DNA of 63,493 nt, counting the filler, from Octopus bimaculoides (Eukaryota): assembly GCF_001194135.2 (NCBI RefSeq). It is 5 parts of 5 records of this genome, joined end to end, with 100 filler letters (N's around TTAATTAATTAA, not from the genome) between each part and the next. Parts side by side here need not be neighbours in the genome. Positions count along the whole stretch, not along the records: positions 30,985 to 50,758 come from NC_068984.1; 4 more parts are not named here. One strand, given 5' to 3'. Below the pieces are notes generated by a model that saw only the letters and a program-made list of their open reading frames with translations, made no database searches and had not been told where the DNA came from. Positions 33,652-47,830 of the stretch are shown in pieces. How positions within the stretch are numbered: the stretch's first letter is position 1; every line of letters begins with the position of its first letter. The translations under genes were made by a program, and so were the position numbers.

Positions 33652-35830
33652 AAGGTGGCTTTACCACCGGTCGACTATAAAATGTGATGGACTGCACAAT
33701 TCTCTCTATTTGCCTGGCTCTCTCTGACACTTTCGTTCTTGGTCACACGACTTGTACCCTCTCACACACATGGCTAGACTGATGTCTCTCACTTACAACA
33801 CAGAAGGCACGTAACACAAAACGTACATGCCAGCTTCCTCACTAAAGAAGTAACCCCTGACGTGAGAATATTCACGTGGAATATTCCCTCAAAGAACAAC
33901 TGTGCGGATTCGACACGTGTCTGATTTTTCTTCCTTATTTTTTCTGAAGTGGTCTACTCGAAATGGCATATTTTTTCTTCTTCGCGCCTATCCTCATCCG
34001 ACAGTTCCCGTACCTGAGAGCAACATGCAGAATTCTTCTTTCCCCGATTTAACTGTGATATCTGTCTCTGGTTTGCTCAGGTAGAAGCCTACCTCGTGGC
34101 GAACAAGATTCAGTCCAGCCAGCAACAACTGAACATTTTACTTAGCGCCATTCCTTCTACGTTAGCTGTAAGGCGTCATTTTCCACCAAGCGTCATTTTC
34201 AGACTCTCATCAATGACGAAAATTTGGGAGACAGAAAACCGACGGAATTTCTTCGTCGCATTAGCGACCTAACAGACGCATCTCCAAAAGACAACTCTAT
34301 TTTAAAGCCGCTCTTTTTCGCGCGCCTACTCCCACATGTTCAGGCAATGTTGGTGCCCATGGCCAAAGTACGTTCAGTGGACCAGATCACAACTTCGGCT
34401 GAAATTATGAAATTCTCAGTGTCGTTGCTGCATCTTCTTGATCGACGGCTACGGCTTCCTTCAGCAGCAACTCTACTCAGCTGGTAACTCTAGAATCTAT
34501 TTTAAACCTGACCATGCAAGTCCCGTGGTTGAGTTCGTCTCGAAGTTTCCAGCGTCACAATCGTTCAACCAGTCGTGACCGGTATTCTTCATCTCCCGCC
34601 TCGCCACGCGCTTCTTCTTTGTACCACGATCGTTTTGGTGCTATGGCGCGTAAATGCATTCTGCCTTGTTGTTATGCGTGCCAGGAAAACTATCTTGGCA
34701 GACGCTAAGCATGTCAGTCGCTCCTCGCAGGTCTACTATGAATCGCGAATTTTTCGTAGAAGACCGCTTCACACATAAGCATTTTATGGTTCACTCAGGC
34801 GCTTCCTGCATCATATGGATACTGAAATTGTGACGGAAAAGCCTCCTGTCTCACCAATCTCACTGAGTATGGTAAATGTTACCGATGTTTTATCCCACAC
34901 TACGTGGAAAGATTAGTCCCCCTCACTGATCTTTTGAATGATCGCAAAGAAAAGAACCAGGTTATCTCCCGTTCACCATCACTTACCGAGAATTTCCAAA
35001 CTGTCAAAAGTAAGCTTGCTAAAGTAACATTATTGACACACTCCAAACCTGATGCAAAGCTTCCGCTTGTTGTTGATGCATCTGATTCAGCTGTTGGTGC
35101 AATATTTCAGTAATCTTATCCAGGAAATCTGCAGGCTTTAGTATTGGATTCTCACCAGCTCAAGGCAACCGAGGCACGTTTAGCGATTTACCTAGCTGTC
35201 AAACACTTTTCTTATTTTCTCAAGTGAAAATATTTCATTATGTTTACAGATCATAAATCTCTTGCTTTTGTCTTACATTTAAATTCTGATTAATATTCGC
35301 TACAGAATATTCTGGGATCAGTTGCAACTTCCGGTAGGATTGCTGACAGGTGGCATTACCGCCGGTCGTCTATAAATAGTCATGTACCATGCAATTCTCT
35401 TTCTTTGCGTGGCTCTCTCTGGCACTTTCTCTCTTATGCTTGGCTTTTCGCCTGTCTCAAGGCCCCTCGACTTGTGCAGTCATACACAGCTAAACTGATG
35501 TCTCTCAATTACAACACAAACACACCTAAAAGAAAACCTACATGCCGACTTAATCTTATGTATATAGATTACAAATTTACTTCGCGGATCTTCCACCGAA
35601 GTCTTCTCCACATCAATCTGATCCTGCTGCTGTTCCAGCAGACATTGATACATGGAATTATGCGTTCCTTATGGATGATTCTGTAAGCAGTCCTCTAACA
35701 CAACCATAAAAGGAACATGGCCGTGTCCTCACAAAAACAGTCTTACTCTTCACTATTGACATTCATGGTATAAAAGAAGCAGTGTCTATAGACAGGGTGA
35801 AGCGCGCTTTTTCTCAGGCCCTCACTCCAG
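33652..35830 (+). mobile_element. Decayed CsRn1-like Ty3/Gypsy element
   Basis: LTR with TATA, degenerate tRNA-Trp PBS GTAACCCCTGACGTGAG (about 33850), gag LWFAQVEA / LGDRKPTEFLRR / YHDRFGAMARKCILPC, RT-RNaseH PLTDLL..VDASDSAVGA..FTDHKSL, integrase tail VSIDRVK. Confidence 0.85.
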
Positions 35831-35879
35831 AGCCAAACGCCGCTTTCACTAAATATGTATACGATGGGCATTTTACAGT

Positions 35880-36020
35880 TTTCGGCTACGAAACCCACTC
35901 GCCTGGCTTTAGTCGGCCAGAGGCTATAGCAGAAGACAATTGCCTATGGGGCCACGCAGTGGGACTAAACCCGGAATCATGAGGTTGGGAAGCAAACTTC
36001 TTACCACACAGCCACGCCTG
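35880..36020 (-). mobile_element. SINE family A, head
   Basis: CCACGCAGTGGGACTAAACCCGGAA..CTTACCACACAGCCAC. Confidence 0.7.
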
Positions 36021-39000
36021 TGTATGTGTATATATGATGTGTTTATGTGATGTGTGTGTGTGTCTGTGTGTGCATATTCTCATGGACGCATTCATACATT
36101 CATATATTCATATAAATATTTTTATAGAGTGTAAAATATATAAACTTAGTTACAATTAATTAAAAGATCGCTGAAGTATATTTTTGCTGATGGTCATATT
36201 TATTGTGAAGAAGGGACAATTGAAGAATAACTTCGAATTATTGACTTTGACACATTCATGTGACTGTAAAGATTTCCACACCCTCCACATTACCATATAC
36301 ATCTTGGATCATCGTGTATTATTTTAGTAGTCCTAATTATGTGTGCCAACAGTGCTTCCCTACGCTGTTTGAAGAAACATCCTTAGAGATTGTTTAAATG
36401 ATGGGCGGAACAAAAGAATTTATGAGCAAAACTTTAGCTTGTGATATAACGAGAAGTACTAGAAAAGAGAGAGAACAAGGAGACCATTTATAAAGTGCAG
36501 TTTCATGAGGGTAAACTGCATAAGCCAGCATGCTATTTATCAGCTGTCTCACAATAAAGAGTATTTTATATTTGAAACAATCATTTCCGTTCCGTTCAAA
36601 ACAAGTCTTAATTCATTAAATCCTTTATCCTTAGAGGGTGCATCGAAGTAACAAATTAATGACAGCCGAGTTTTCTTTTCCTTATCCGCCCGTCCTTCTC
36701 TTCTTCATTTCTATTACGATTCCTTTCCACATTTCAAGTGGAAGTATATTTCTCATTATCGCAAGCCCAAGTCAATATGCTTGCGTATGTCTTTAAGTGC
36801 ATATAGCTGTTTTCGATACATATGTATATGTGTGTTCATGTAGATGCAAACATGGACCTGTGTTCATATGCATTGCTAAACTTTTATACCATTACATAAA
36901 TGTATATGCTAGGTTATATATGAGAGTACTGTAAGTGAATGCAATAGATAAAACGCAGCGATATAATCCAATAATGTTGATTCATATAGAATTATTTATA
37001 TTAGCAAATTAGGCATTTTCCAAGCTTAAGTGATACAAATCACTGCTTTCATAAAATAGAATAATTCTGTACTTTTCAATTGTTTCTTTAGGCAACATAT
37101 GAAACCGTTTAACTCATAATACAGGATAAATACAAGTTTTAATTATTTTGACATAAGATCTGTAGCAAATAATATTATTGTCTGTTTACACATAAATGTT
37201 ACTTGGTATTAAGTTGCATATTTATTAAATAGTATTATACTAACATTTGATACTTTGATGTGAAGAGTCAAGTAGAAAATCTTCACAAGAAACTGCCATT
37301 ATTTGAGATATAATGATGCATAAATTGTCCAAAGCCATTCAAATTACAAGAAAAAGCCATGCATGTGTTTAGGAAATGGAAAAAATAATTGCTGTAAATT
37401 TATATGTCTGGTGTTTAATAGCGATAAATTGAATTTATTTTCATCAGGATCACGTTGCAGAATGGAAGCAATTTTTAAAGATTGACCCTCACCTCTAAAA
37501 TGTAAGTAGTGTATTTTATCAAACACAATAGTGATTGCTGATGTTACGTTAATGTTTAAGCTATAACTGCTAGAAAATAAAACAATGCAATTCTACGAAC
37601 ATGAAATGCACCACATGTTATTTCTACGTAATATAAATAAGAGTCAAATCTCACTTCAATTACCTGCCTTTTATTTTAAAGAAGAGTATAACATAATAGC
37701 TAATGATGCAATCACAATCCCACAAAAGTTAATGGTATTCGTTTTAACATATGTCTACTGAGACGGATTGTCAGCATTGGACTAAATAATACTAAATACG
37801 ATTTCAGTTCTTGGGGATTTGAACAGTTATACAGAGTTCAAAACTTATAGGAATGATGCAATGCTATTAATAATTAAAGCTTTTCTGAATGAATGTAATG
37901 TTGATGAATTAAACATCCTGATAAATTAGATATCTTGATAAATTACAAACGAACGACGAAGAAACCTGAAAGTAAAATGACTAATTACCAAATTGCTTGG
38001 AGACATCAATGTATTAGTTTGGACAGATGCTGGACTATATAATCATCCTCATAACAAGGCTAATAGTAGAACAGATGTACCCACATTTTTCTTAACATCA
38101 GCAGAGTATTCTAAGGATTACTGTACAATAGGATTACTTTTACCTTCTGGAAATAGCTATGCAATATTGCCATCGATATTTTGTCTGCGTCAAAATATTG
38201 GTATATTTTCAAAACTGATAAAAACAAAAGCATTCAGTGTGAGACGAAGAGAGAGGAGAGAGAATACGGCTTATAGTGGTTGAAGACAGAACATCATATG
38301 TGTAGCAGCATATACACCCTGTAAATTTTAGTTAGACGTTCATTCTTTTAATTTGTTTGCATATAACAATTCATATAGCATCAATAACAACTTGTTTATT
38401 AGAGAAATCATTTGTCACCGAATACTTCCGTTGCTTTCATGTCAAAAGATAATTAAATTAAAGGTATTTTGTCTTTTATTTTCTGTCAAGTGAAACTCAC
38501 ATTTACAGAATTATAAAAGAAGTCACATAATTATCAATTTCCACCATTCTTCATCAGTTAATTAATTACAAATTTTCAAACAAATGTATGTTAATTGCTC
38601 GATCATGTGTCCTTGTTGTTTAATGTATTAAGAGAAGAAAAAGAGCTTTGTATTTCTTTGCGTTTCTAATTCGATAATTTATGTTCAAGGATTGTGGAAG
38701 ATTGGCCCACATAAAAGTGTTTTACCTCGTTAAAAAGTTGGCTCTTTTATTTCTTATCGAAAGAAAAACCTCACTTTCGTGATTAGCCTTCTTTCCGGCG
38801 TACACTTTTTTCAGTTACTCAATATACAAATATTCTCCGCATGCAATGAGAGATAAAACAACGCATACATGGAGAAACACAATCAAGTGCTCACTTGTTT
38901 GAATACATAGGAGTTGAACGGCTCAAAATTTCCAGTCTCTTTATTCAAACTTGCGTGTATACGTGTCACTCTCAAACACACGCTTGCACGCCCATACACA

Positions 39001-39037
39001 CGCATACACAGACACACTGATACCCCCCACACATATA

Positions 39038-39112
<75 letters not shown>

Positions 39113-39647
39113 TGAAGAAAAGCAACAAAAATGAATTAGGTTATAGCAGTACGTACGTTTCGTACAAACTTCATGTATTTATGTAATGAAAACACCACAT
39201 AAGTTGTGCAATGAAAATGTACTCCTCAGCTGCATAATGGAAGTTCATTTCAGAAAGACATTTTGTAAATATGTGCAAATACATGGTAGGAGATGACGAA
39301 AATACCATTTTGACTTGTCTGTTCATATAACATATGTATCTATCTATCTGTATGTTAATCTGTTTATTTTCATATCTATACACTTACATACGTGTGCATA
39401 TTTACATATATACCCCCACCAAACATACATACATACATCTGCATAACAGCCCACTAAATATTCTACTCTGCCTGTGTAAACTTTCGGTATGGAGGTATAG
39501 TCAAGACAATTGAAAAGGTTGCAAGACGCAACGAAAATTTTAGGAAAATAAAATTATTGAATAAGTGGAAATTTTACCGGTGAGTGTGTTAAATTATAAG
39601 GCACAAAAAGAAAATGACTCTCGCCAGACACAACGGTATATATATAA

Positions 39648-39688
<41 letters not shown>

Positions 39689-40708
39689 ATGTTTGTGTGT
39701 ATGTGTGCATGTGTAGGAGAATATATGTTTGTCCCTTCACCACCACTTACCAAACGGAGATTGTTTGTTTACATCTTTTTTACTTAGTAGTTCCGTGAGA
39801 GTAGCCAATACAATAAGCGCGTGTGCCGGCTTATTCGACTAAAGCTCTTCACGTTGGTGCCCAGAATGGCTGCAATTCATTGACTGAACCAAGAAAAAAG
39901 AAAGACATATATATATTTTAACTGATATACCATTTTTATCTCGTTTTGCTTTATTTTGCTTTGTAGAATATATTCGTATCAAAAATCTTGTTTTTTTTTC
40001 CAAGTATTTACTTACTTCAGAATTCTACTTAATATTCAATTGCACTTAATTTTTGACAGGAGGTTGTATGCACATTATATCTGCTGTGTGTTGTATATCA
40101 CAAGAATATATATATAACTCCAAAAATACTTCTAAATTTTAAAAGTTATGCGAAAATTCATGTGTCATTTTTTTTATAATCATCATTTACTTCATTAAGC
40201 ATTATTGTTATAAAATATATTTTAAAATGAAAAGTTATGTTCGAAATGAATATATTATCACGCATTACTTATGAAATAATTAGGAATGGAATGATATGAT
40301 GCTAATATTTTTCCCACCGGATTGCAAAATGAGTCGAACGAGAGGAAAATATTTGCTAAATTAAATCTAGATGTCATGCAAGACGGTAGAATAAAGGTGC
40401 ATATTTTGTCTCTTCATGGATATATTTCATGCAAAAATTTTCAGATAATATGCCAAGCAGAATTCTTTATGACATTGAATTATATTCTTATAACTGTTCC
40501 GGGTAAAAATTCTGATATTAAAACATTCGCTGCCTGAATGTCTCTAGGTGAATATCTGTTTCAAAACAGTAATTGTTTTAAAAACGCAATTTGTAATGCG
40601 AAGTTTAGTATTTCTTCGACAAACATACGTAGAGGATGTTATGAAGCCAAAATATGTTCATATGCTCAGCTCTCCTGAGAGTATCTTAGTCCTATATGTG
40701 TGTGTGTG

Positions 40709-40740
<32 letters not shown>

Positions 40741-40782
40741 CATGCGTGTGTATGTTTGTGCATAGTTGCATATATGTTTATA

Positions 40783-40818
<36 letters not shown>

Positions 40819-41675
40819 GTTACAGGAAGAGAGAGAGAGATGTAATTTTATGGAGTATAGTTATAATTAAGGGCACAAAAGCTACCATGCACTGTATCTG
40901 AATTTTACCTAAAAGATTATTTTTATATGCTGGCCACTGATAGACTCCGTTAATAATAATTATAAAATTCCCTTCAGGAGAGTTTAGTTACTTCTGTACA
41001 TTTCTGACCAAATACACACGTGTTGAGATAGACTACGAAATTCGATGCGAATATATTTGTGAATATTTACATGTACTCGCATTTTGCGTGTATTTTATGA
41101 GGGTATGAATAAATATTTTTATTTATTTCACTCAGTGTGGTTTGCTGATGAAGGAAAAGTTAATGACATAATCCAGAAATTGATCAATCCAAAACTATCT
41201 GCATTATTTTATGAATTTGTGTCACATCACTTCCCTGATTTCAAACTGTGTATATTGATAAGTGAAGATTTAGAGTGGCTGAACGTATTTGGCGTCTGTT
41301 TTCAACATAGAGGCTTGTTAGCTTATATGCCCAGAATTATAATTGCATTCTATACAAACATATATATCTCAATATATGAATTTTTCCATAAAAGGATATA
41401 TTTTATATGCTGGCGACTGATAATATTCATTAATTTTAATGATTTTATCATTTAACTATATTTAGATGTATATATATATATTAATAATAATATGACAACA
41501 AAAGAATGAATGAGACCTCGATAGTATGTAAAATAGAGGAAATTATTTATCTATAAATACAATATATGAGTTTTATTATGACAACCAACTAATTGTCACA
41601 CACATATAAATATATGTAGATACATGTGTATGTATGAATTGTATGTATGTATGTATGTGTATATGTATATGTATG

Positions 41676-41758
<83 letters not shown>

Positions 41759-41762
41759 TTAT

Positions 41763-41793
<31 letters not shown>

Positions 41794-42775
41794 ATATATA
41801 TACAATGATACACTAATACTTAGGTGCTTAAAATTAAATATGCTTTCTTTGTAATTGAAATTTAATTTGTAACTAAAACGAATACTGTGTACGTGAGAAT
41901 CGTGCTTCTTCTACAATTATATGTAAGAACCCAAACTATAAACTAGTATATCTAAATTAATAATTATACTAATAATAACCAATATGACAACTTAAAATAC
42001 GAATAAACAAAAATGAATAAGTAAAATTAACAAATAAGTACATGCCGAGTTATTTTTGCCAATTCTAAAACATAAATATATGTTGTGAACATGATGGATA
42101 GTACAAATAGTAAAGGTAAGTTGATAAACCTATATAGTTTATGAGGAACGTATATATAGACATACTAAACAGAGATAAATAAAATTGCTAGCTTGTAAAA
42201 GCTGGTGTGCTCCACCAAAATGGCGAATAGTAACATAACGTAGTTCTTCTGATCTATGCTTATCCCCTGTCCAGTGAGCTCAAAATCAACCTGTAGCTAT
42301 TTTTAGAACAGAATCCAAGACGCACATGCTACAATTCATTTGCATTGAACTCTCCATGTGTTAGGATATGGCAAAAAAAAATAACAGTAAATTTTTGACG
42401 TGATAATCAATTTTCACCCTCATGAATTGCCTAAATACGGATTTAGCTAATAAACCGAAACGCGCGTCGGCAACATGAATTGACTATTATAATACATTGA
42501 TTACTCTGCGCATGCATTCTCCCCTTCTTGTTTGTATTGTTAAGCTTTTTCTCGTGTAATGGAAAGATGGAAACATGTATTGCGACAACTGGAATTTCAA
42601 AAGTGTAAGGTATTAATATCGAAGAAAAACCAACGATAAACACTAGTACATATGCAGATGTGAAATTTCCAGTACCATCAATTATATATACATAATGCAC
42701 ATCTACATACATACATGCATAGATTTTTTTTTTATTTTGGGGGCTACCATTGGTTTCATATCAAGCAAAGTATCT

Positions 42776-43314
42776 AAATATCTTGCCAATTTCTCAAACC
42801 GAGCACATGGAGGAATTGCGTTCGTCTCCATTTTGAAGGAAAACACAAAGTATCGTGCATTCGGAAAAAAAAACTTTCAATGATACAGATAAAACTAAAT
42901 GCCATCTAGTCAACAGATAACGTCCTAAATATTAGGGATGAAACCATCTCTGTCTGCATACACAAGCAATATTTCACACTTTCACAGAAGGATAATTTCT
43001 TTTCCTGAACGTCAAATTTGAATATATAAGACACAATATCTCCACACATAGAAGAAACCTGCCTTCATGACGAACTGCATCTGCACGCAAACATACGAGC
43101 ACCGAATATACCTATCATATAAAATGATATAATATAATGCAAACAACTTTACCATCACACAGGACTGTTTTTCCCAAAAGTCGAATCTAAAGGATTTATT
43201 GCTTTCTTTACGAAATGTTCTGCAAATACACGAGACTTTATGCTCTCAGCCAAAATGGAGACCGTCACCATTTGTCCATGTGCTCGGCTTGAGACATTAA
43301 GATATTAAGATATT
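42776..43314. mobile_element. Fold-back/MITE-like element with about 90-bp imperfect TIRs
   Basis: CTCAAACCGAGCACATGGA..GTCTCCATTTTG versus CAAAATGGAGAC..TCCATGTGCTCGGCTTGAG. Confidence 0.55.
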
Positions 43315-43928
43315 TTTTTTTAACATTAAACAAATTATTGCCCTAATACACAAATAAATAAATTTTATCCAGCTATGCGATGTTGAGCACTCGTTCTCGC
43401 CGTTCGACACTTTGATGTGTTTGTGGGTGTATATGTGTGTGTGCATTTATATATATGTACATATACGTATGCATGATTGAAGCACATAAACGTGAAACAA
43501 TGTCAGAAAAATAGTATTCAAATACCGCAGGTAGAGTAATAATCTTTATTAATAAAGTTGCAAAGACATCACGAAACCTGTTAATCAGAGTTTCACAAAC
43601 TGGAGCGTGAAATTCTGAGTAACAGTTGTTTTATGTCTTTGCATTTATTAATAAATTATTAATATTTATTAATAAAGCATATATGCCTTTGTGTTTGTAA
43701 GTGTGTTTGCATGTATATATTCATGTGTGTGTTTGTATTAATGACTCCATTTTAGCGCCTCTTGCACTTCTCTTATTACGTCACTTAACGCTGTTGAGCG
43801 AGTTTTGCATGAAGAATTTGAAGTTTAAGTTGTAATGAATTTGTGCACTACTATGTATTTTCTATTCTGATGATAGGTGGTTCTCAGCTATTGTATTTAT
43901 CTGTCTCTCTCACCCTCTTTCGCCCCTT

Positions 43929-43994
<66 letters not shown>

Positions 43995-46751
43995 GGATAC
44001 ATACATACATACATACATACATACGTACATGCATACACATATACAGATAGAGAGAAGGGGAGAGAGAGAAGGAGAAAAACGGAGTTTTAAAATGCACGTA
44101 ATGACATTAAGAACATTTATTTATGCCGATCTTCAGAAACATTTCCGAATTTCATGGGTTGCAAATTAGTGTTAGATGAAAGAACTAGAAGCTGTGCCGT
44201 ACTTGTCACACTTATGATTGCAGTTCGCTAATTGCTGCGCTTCCATTTATGGAGAGATTTTGTACATGACTAGCGCTCATTCGATGTAGGGTTTCCTTGG
44301 GTGTTGCCGATCACATAGTCAAATTTCATGTGACTGTATGTGACCATTGTATCAAGAGTTTAAACAGCATAAGGAAGGCAGTTGCCTCATGTAACGTCAT
44401 GGATAATACGGAAAATGAAATATTATGGACAATAATTGTCTCATATGATTTTGATGTTAATAATCAATGACCTCTAATGATCATTCGTCGACCGATTTTA
44501 AACGAAATTATGCGATATGAATTTGTACGCAAATTTGTCTCAAAAGTTATTAATAGCAACGTGAAATATGTAGTCTATATTCACCTGTCCCGGGTACAAG
44601 TATTAAAATCAACATGTACATAAGTATATTCATATCAAAATCGCAAATTGGGGAAATGGTTTACAATATCAATATCTTTAAATCAATTAATGTAAGTCAT
44701 CATTGTTTAAATCTCACCAGTGTGAAAATTAAACACAAAATCACATTTATATTAGGGCTCACGAAATTATTGTAACTACGAAATGTCGCTGCAAATGCAG
44801 TGGGACAATTTTATCCGTGATAACAATTACATCAAAACGAATCACCACCGTTGTCTATCTGATTGAGTGCAACTAATAAATACATTATTAATTAATATAA
44901 TTTGTATTAGATACTGGCATTTTATAACCTATAAAGGGATGTAAAAATATATACATGTGTGCGTATGTTTGTCTGTTTTTTTCTGTGTTCGTATGCATAT
45001 ATGTATGTATGTGTATGTTTATGTGTGTGTGTTTAAATACAAAATACATACGCACAAACATGCATATGCATTAAAATAGCAGTCACTAGCACACCAATCT
45101 TACGTTAAATAGCTTTCGCTACTTGTTTTAGATGCCTATATAGCCGTGATCGAACATGGACACACTCACCCACCTGTCAGACGTAGTTTGGCAGCTAGGG
45201 GAAGTCTTCTATGCATCCGGGATACATACTTAACAATCTACCTAACAACTTAAGTACATGCATAAATACATACACACATATATAATATATACATATACAA
45301 ACACGTACTTACAGAGTACATACATATATGCATACATACATACCATATCGTACCGTTTCATACCATTCCAATAATAGTATTTTAGCAGTCGATACGACGT
45401 GGATTTTGCAGATGCAAAGTACATAACTTGAGACTTCTAGAGTAATACAAGGTTTAATTGTGGTGAAAATGTTCTGAGTCACAATCCGCTTGTCCCGCAT
45501 TTTAATTATTCTAAGTATATATGAAATCAAATGGAATTATGTGAGAATGTGGGACACTGGAAACACTTGAAGCATGCTTTTACGTAGGTATAACTTGCAA
45601 AATCTGCCTTGAGCATCAGTGATCAAATGAAGAGAAACAACGGTTTGCATTTTTCTGTTATGTGTTGTAAGTTTGATACGATGTTGATTTTTGATTGATT
45701 TTACCTGTTTAATAGACTCGCAATTGTACCATTTACGAACACACAATATGTATATGAATGTATAAATGTATACATAAGTGCATGTGTGCATGTATGCGTG
45801 ATTATATAGGCTTCTGATATTTCAATTATTTTTCCATGTAACATGTATGTGTTTGCACACACGATTTGTTTACGAAATATTGACGATTATAAAGAAAGAT
45901 TTGGTTGAAATGTCAGAATATCTTCAAAACTTTGAACGCCAACAATAATTCACAATAAATCTCATTAACAAATTTCTTGTTCAATTAGACAATGCGATAA
46001 AAAGAATTCAGTGATACTGTTAGCGATACGATTAATATCGTTCATGTGTAATTAAATTTGGTTTATTTAGTAATGAGTGTTTCTTGTGAAACTTTATTCA
46101 CTATATTTCTTCTTTATGTCTTTAAACTATTGTGGGGGCGTCGCTTTTTTCAGCATGTTGTTCCTATGTGAATATTTACAGCAAATAAAAGGTTAAAAAT
46201 ACAAACACCTATCGTTGTATTGTATATATTATATAGTATTTACTGGTAATTATATAACTCGAAAGAATAAAGTAAATATACAGTATCATGAAATTACATG
46301 CTTAGAAATATATATATATAAATACATATATATATATATATATANNNNNNNNNNNNNNNNNNNNNNNNNNNNNNNNNNNNNNNNNNNNNNNNNNNNNNNN
46401 NNNNNNNNNNNNNNNNNNNNNNNNNNNNNNNNNNNNNNNNNNNNNNNNNNNNNNNNNNNNNNNNNNNNNNNNNNNNNNNNNNNNNNNTGTGTGTGTGTGT
46501 GTGTGTGTGTGTGTAAGGATAAAATCACGTTAATGATTTTCATCAGGTGGTCAGCATGCTTTAAAAACGTATAGGTAATATATTTATACATTAAATTAAT
46601 ATTCATATACATATGTATATAATTATATTAAGGGACCAACGGTGAAAACGACCCATCTCCAACATGCTTGAAGTGACGGGACACTCAAGAACTACCCAAA
46701 AACTCCCGATTAAATATACACATGGCTGACAACGGGCAAGTGAAAGAATAG

Positions 46752-47830
46752 TTTAGGTTCTCTTTAAAGTTCTGAGCGTTTTTTTAATATACAAAAAGTG
46801 ATATAGATATATCACCTTTCAATAAATTTTGATCAATGAAATAATTTACATTATTATTAACTTTTGCCTATCTATCAGGCAATTTAAATATTCCATCAGC
46901 ATAACATTTGAGTGTTTTTGAAGACAAAAGTTATCAAGATGCATTTTAACTCCTAAATCTTTAATTTTTTATCTATGTAATGAGTTATGTAGAGTCAAAA
47001 AGAGGTCGTAGTCGGACGGCGCAATATCGGGAGAGTATGGTGGATGGGGCAAGAGATGCCAGCCAAATTCATGTAAGTTTGTTGGAGTAGCCAAAACTCA
47101 TGTGGTTGGGCATTGTCGTATTAGAACACCACCCCTTTCCTGTTGGCAATCTCCGGCCTCATTTCTCTGATTTTTTTCGTTCAAATTATCCAGCTGAAGA
47201 CAGTACACAACAGAAACAATGGTCTGGTTTTGTGGGAGAAGCTCATAATAAATAATGCTTTTATGCTCCAACCAAACAGATAGTATAGCATTTTTGGCAC
47301 GGATATTTCTCTTTGCTGGTTTGGGTGATACACAAGCAGGCACCAGGATTATTTTCGCTCTACGTTTTCATACACAATCCATTTTTCATCTCTAGTCACA
47401 AGTTGTCCCAAACAAGGTACGCATTCATTCCGTTTCAAAAGAATATCACAAATGGAATACCAGTCTAAGACATATTCTTTTCTGAGATTTTGTGAGGGGC
47501 CCATGCATTATAGCGAGAAATGTAACCTCGCTTCACTAGGAGTTCATAAGACGTGCTTTGAGAAACGTCCAACTCCTCTTAACATTCTCTAGTTTGAGTT
47601 TCCTTCGATTTGTACCTTCAAAACATCTTCATTCACTTTTCAAGGTCTTCCACTGGGACTGTCATCTTCCAAACTAATCACTCCAAATTGAAATTTTCCA
47701 AACCATATCCGGACATTTGATTCACCTACAGCATTATCACTAGTAACTTCACAATTATTTTTGCAAGTCTTAGCGGTAGTTTCTCCTTTAAAAATTATTG
47801 CCATTTCAAAACAATAATTTTAATGATTTC
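46752..47830 (-). pseudogene. Near full-length decayed mariner transposase; upstream end not resolved
   Basis: LEDDSPSGRP, VTRDEKWIVYEN, SVWLEHKSIIYYELLP, YDNAQPH, PHPPYSPDIAPSDYDLF; TIR-like TTAGGTT..GCGTTTTT at about 46753. Confidence 0.85.

Noticed and set aside
37993-38283. 96-aa ORF in unique sequence
   Set aside because: No ATG or convincing acceptor at its start and no recognisable domain; candidate minus-strand exons here are closed or tiny.
40510-40553. Minus-strand RDIQAANVLISE resembling kinase HRDIKAANVLLSE
   Set aside because: It needs a 2-nt deletion to restore the His, lacks the catalytic-loop Lys, has no downstream DFG and stops soon after; likely chance.
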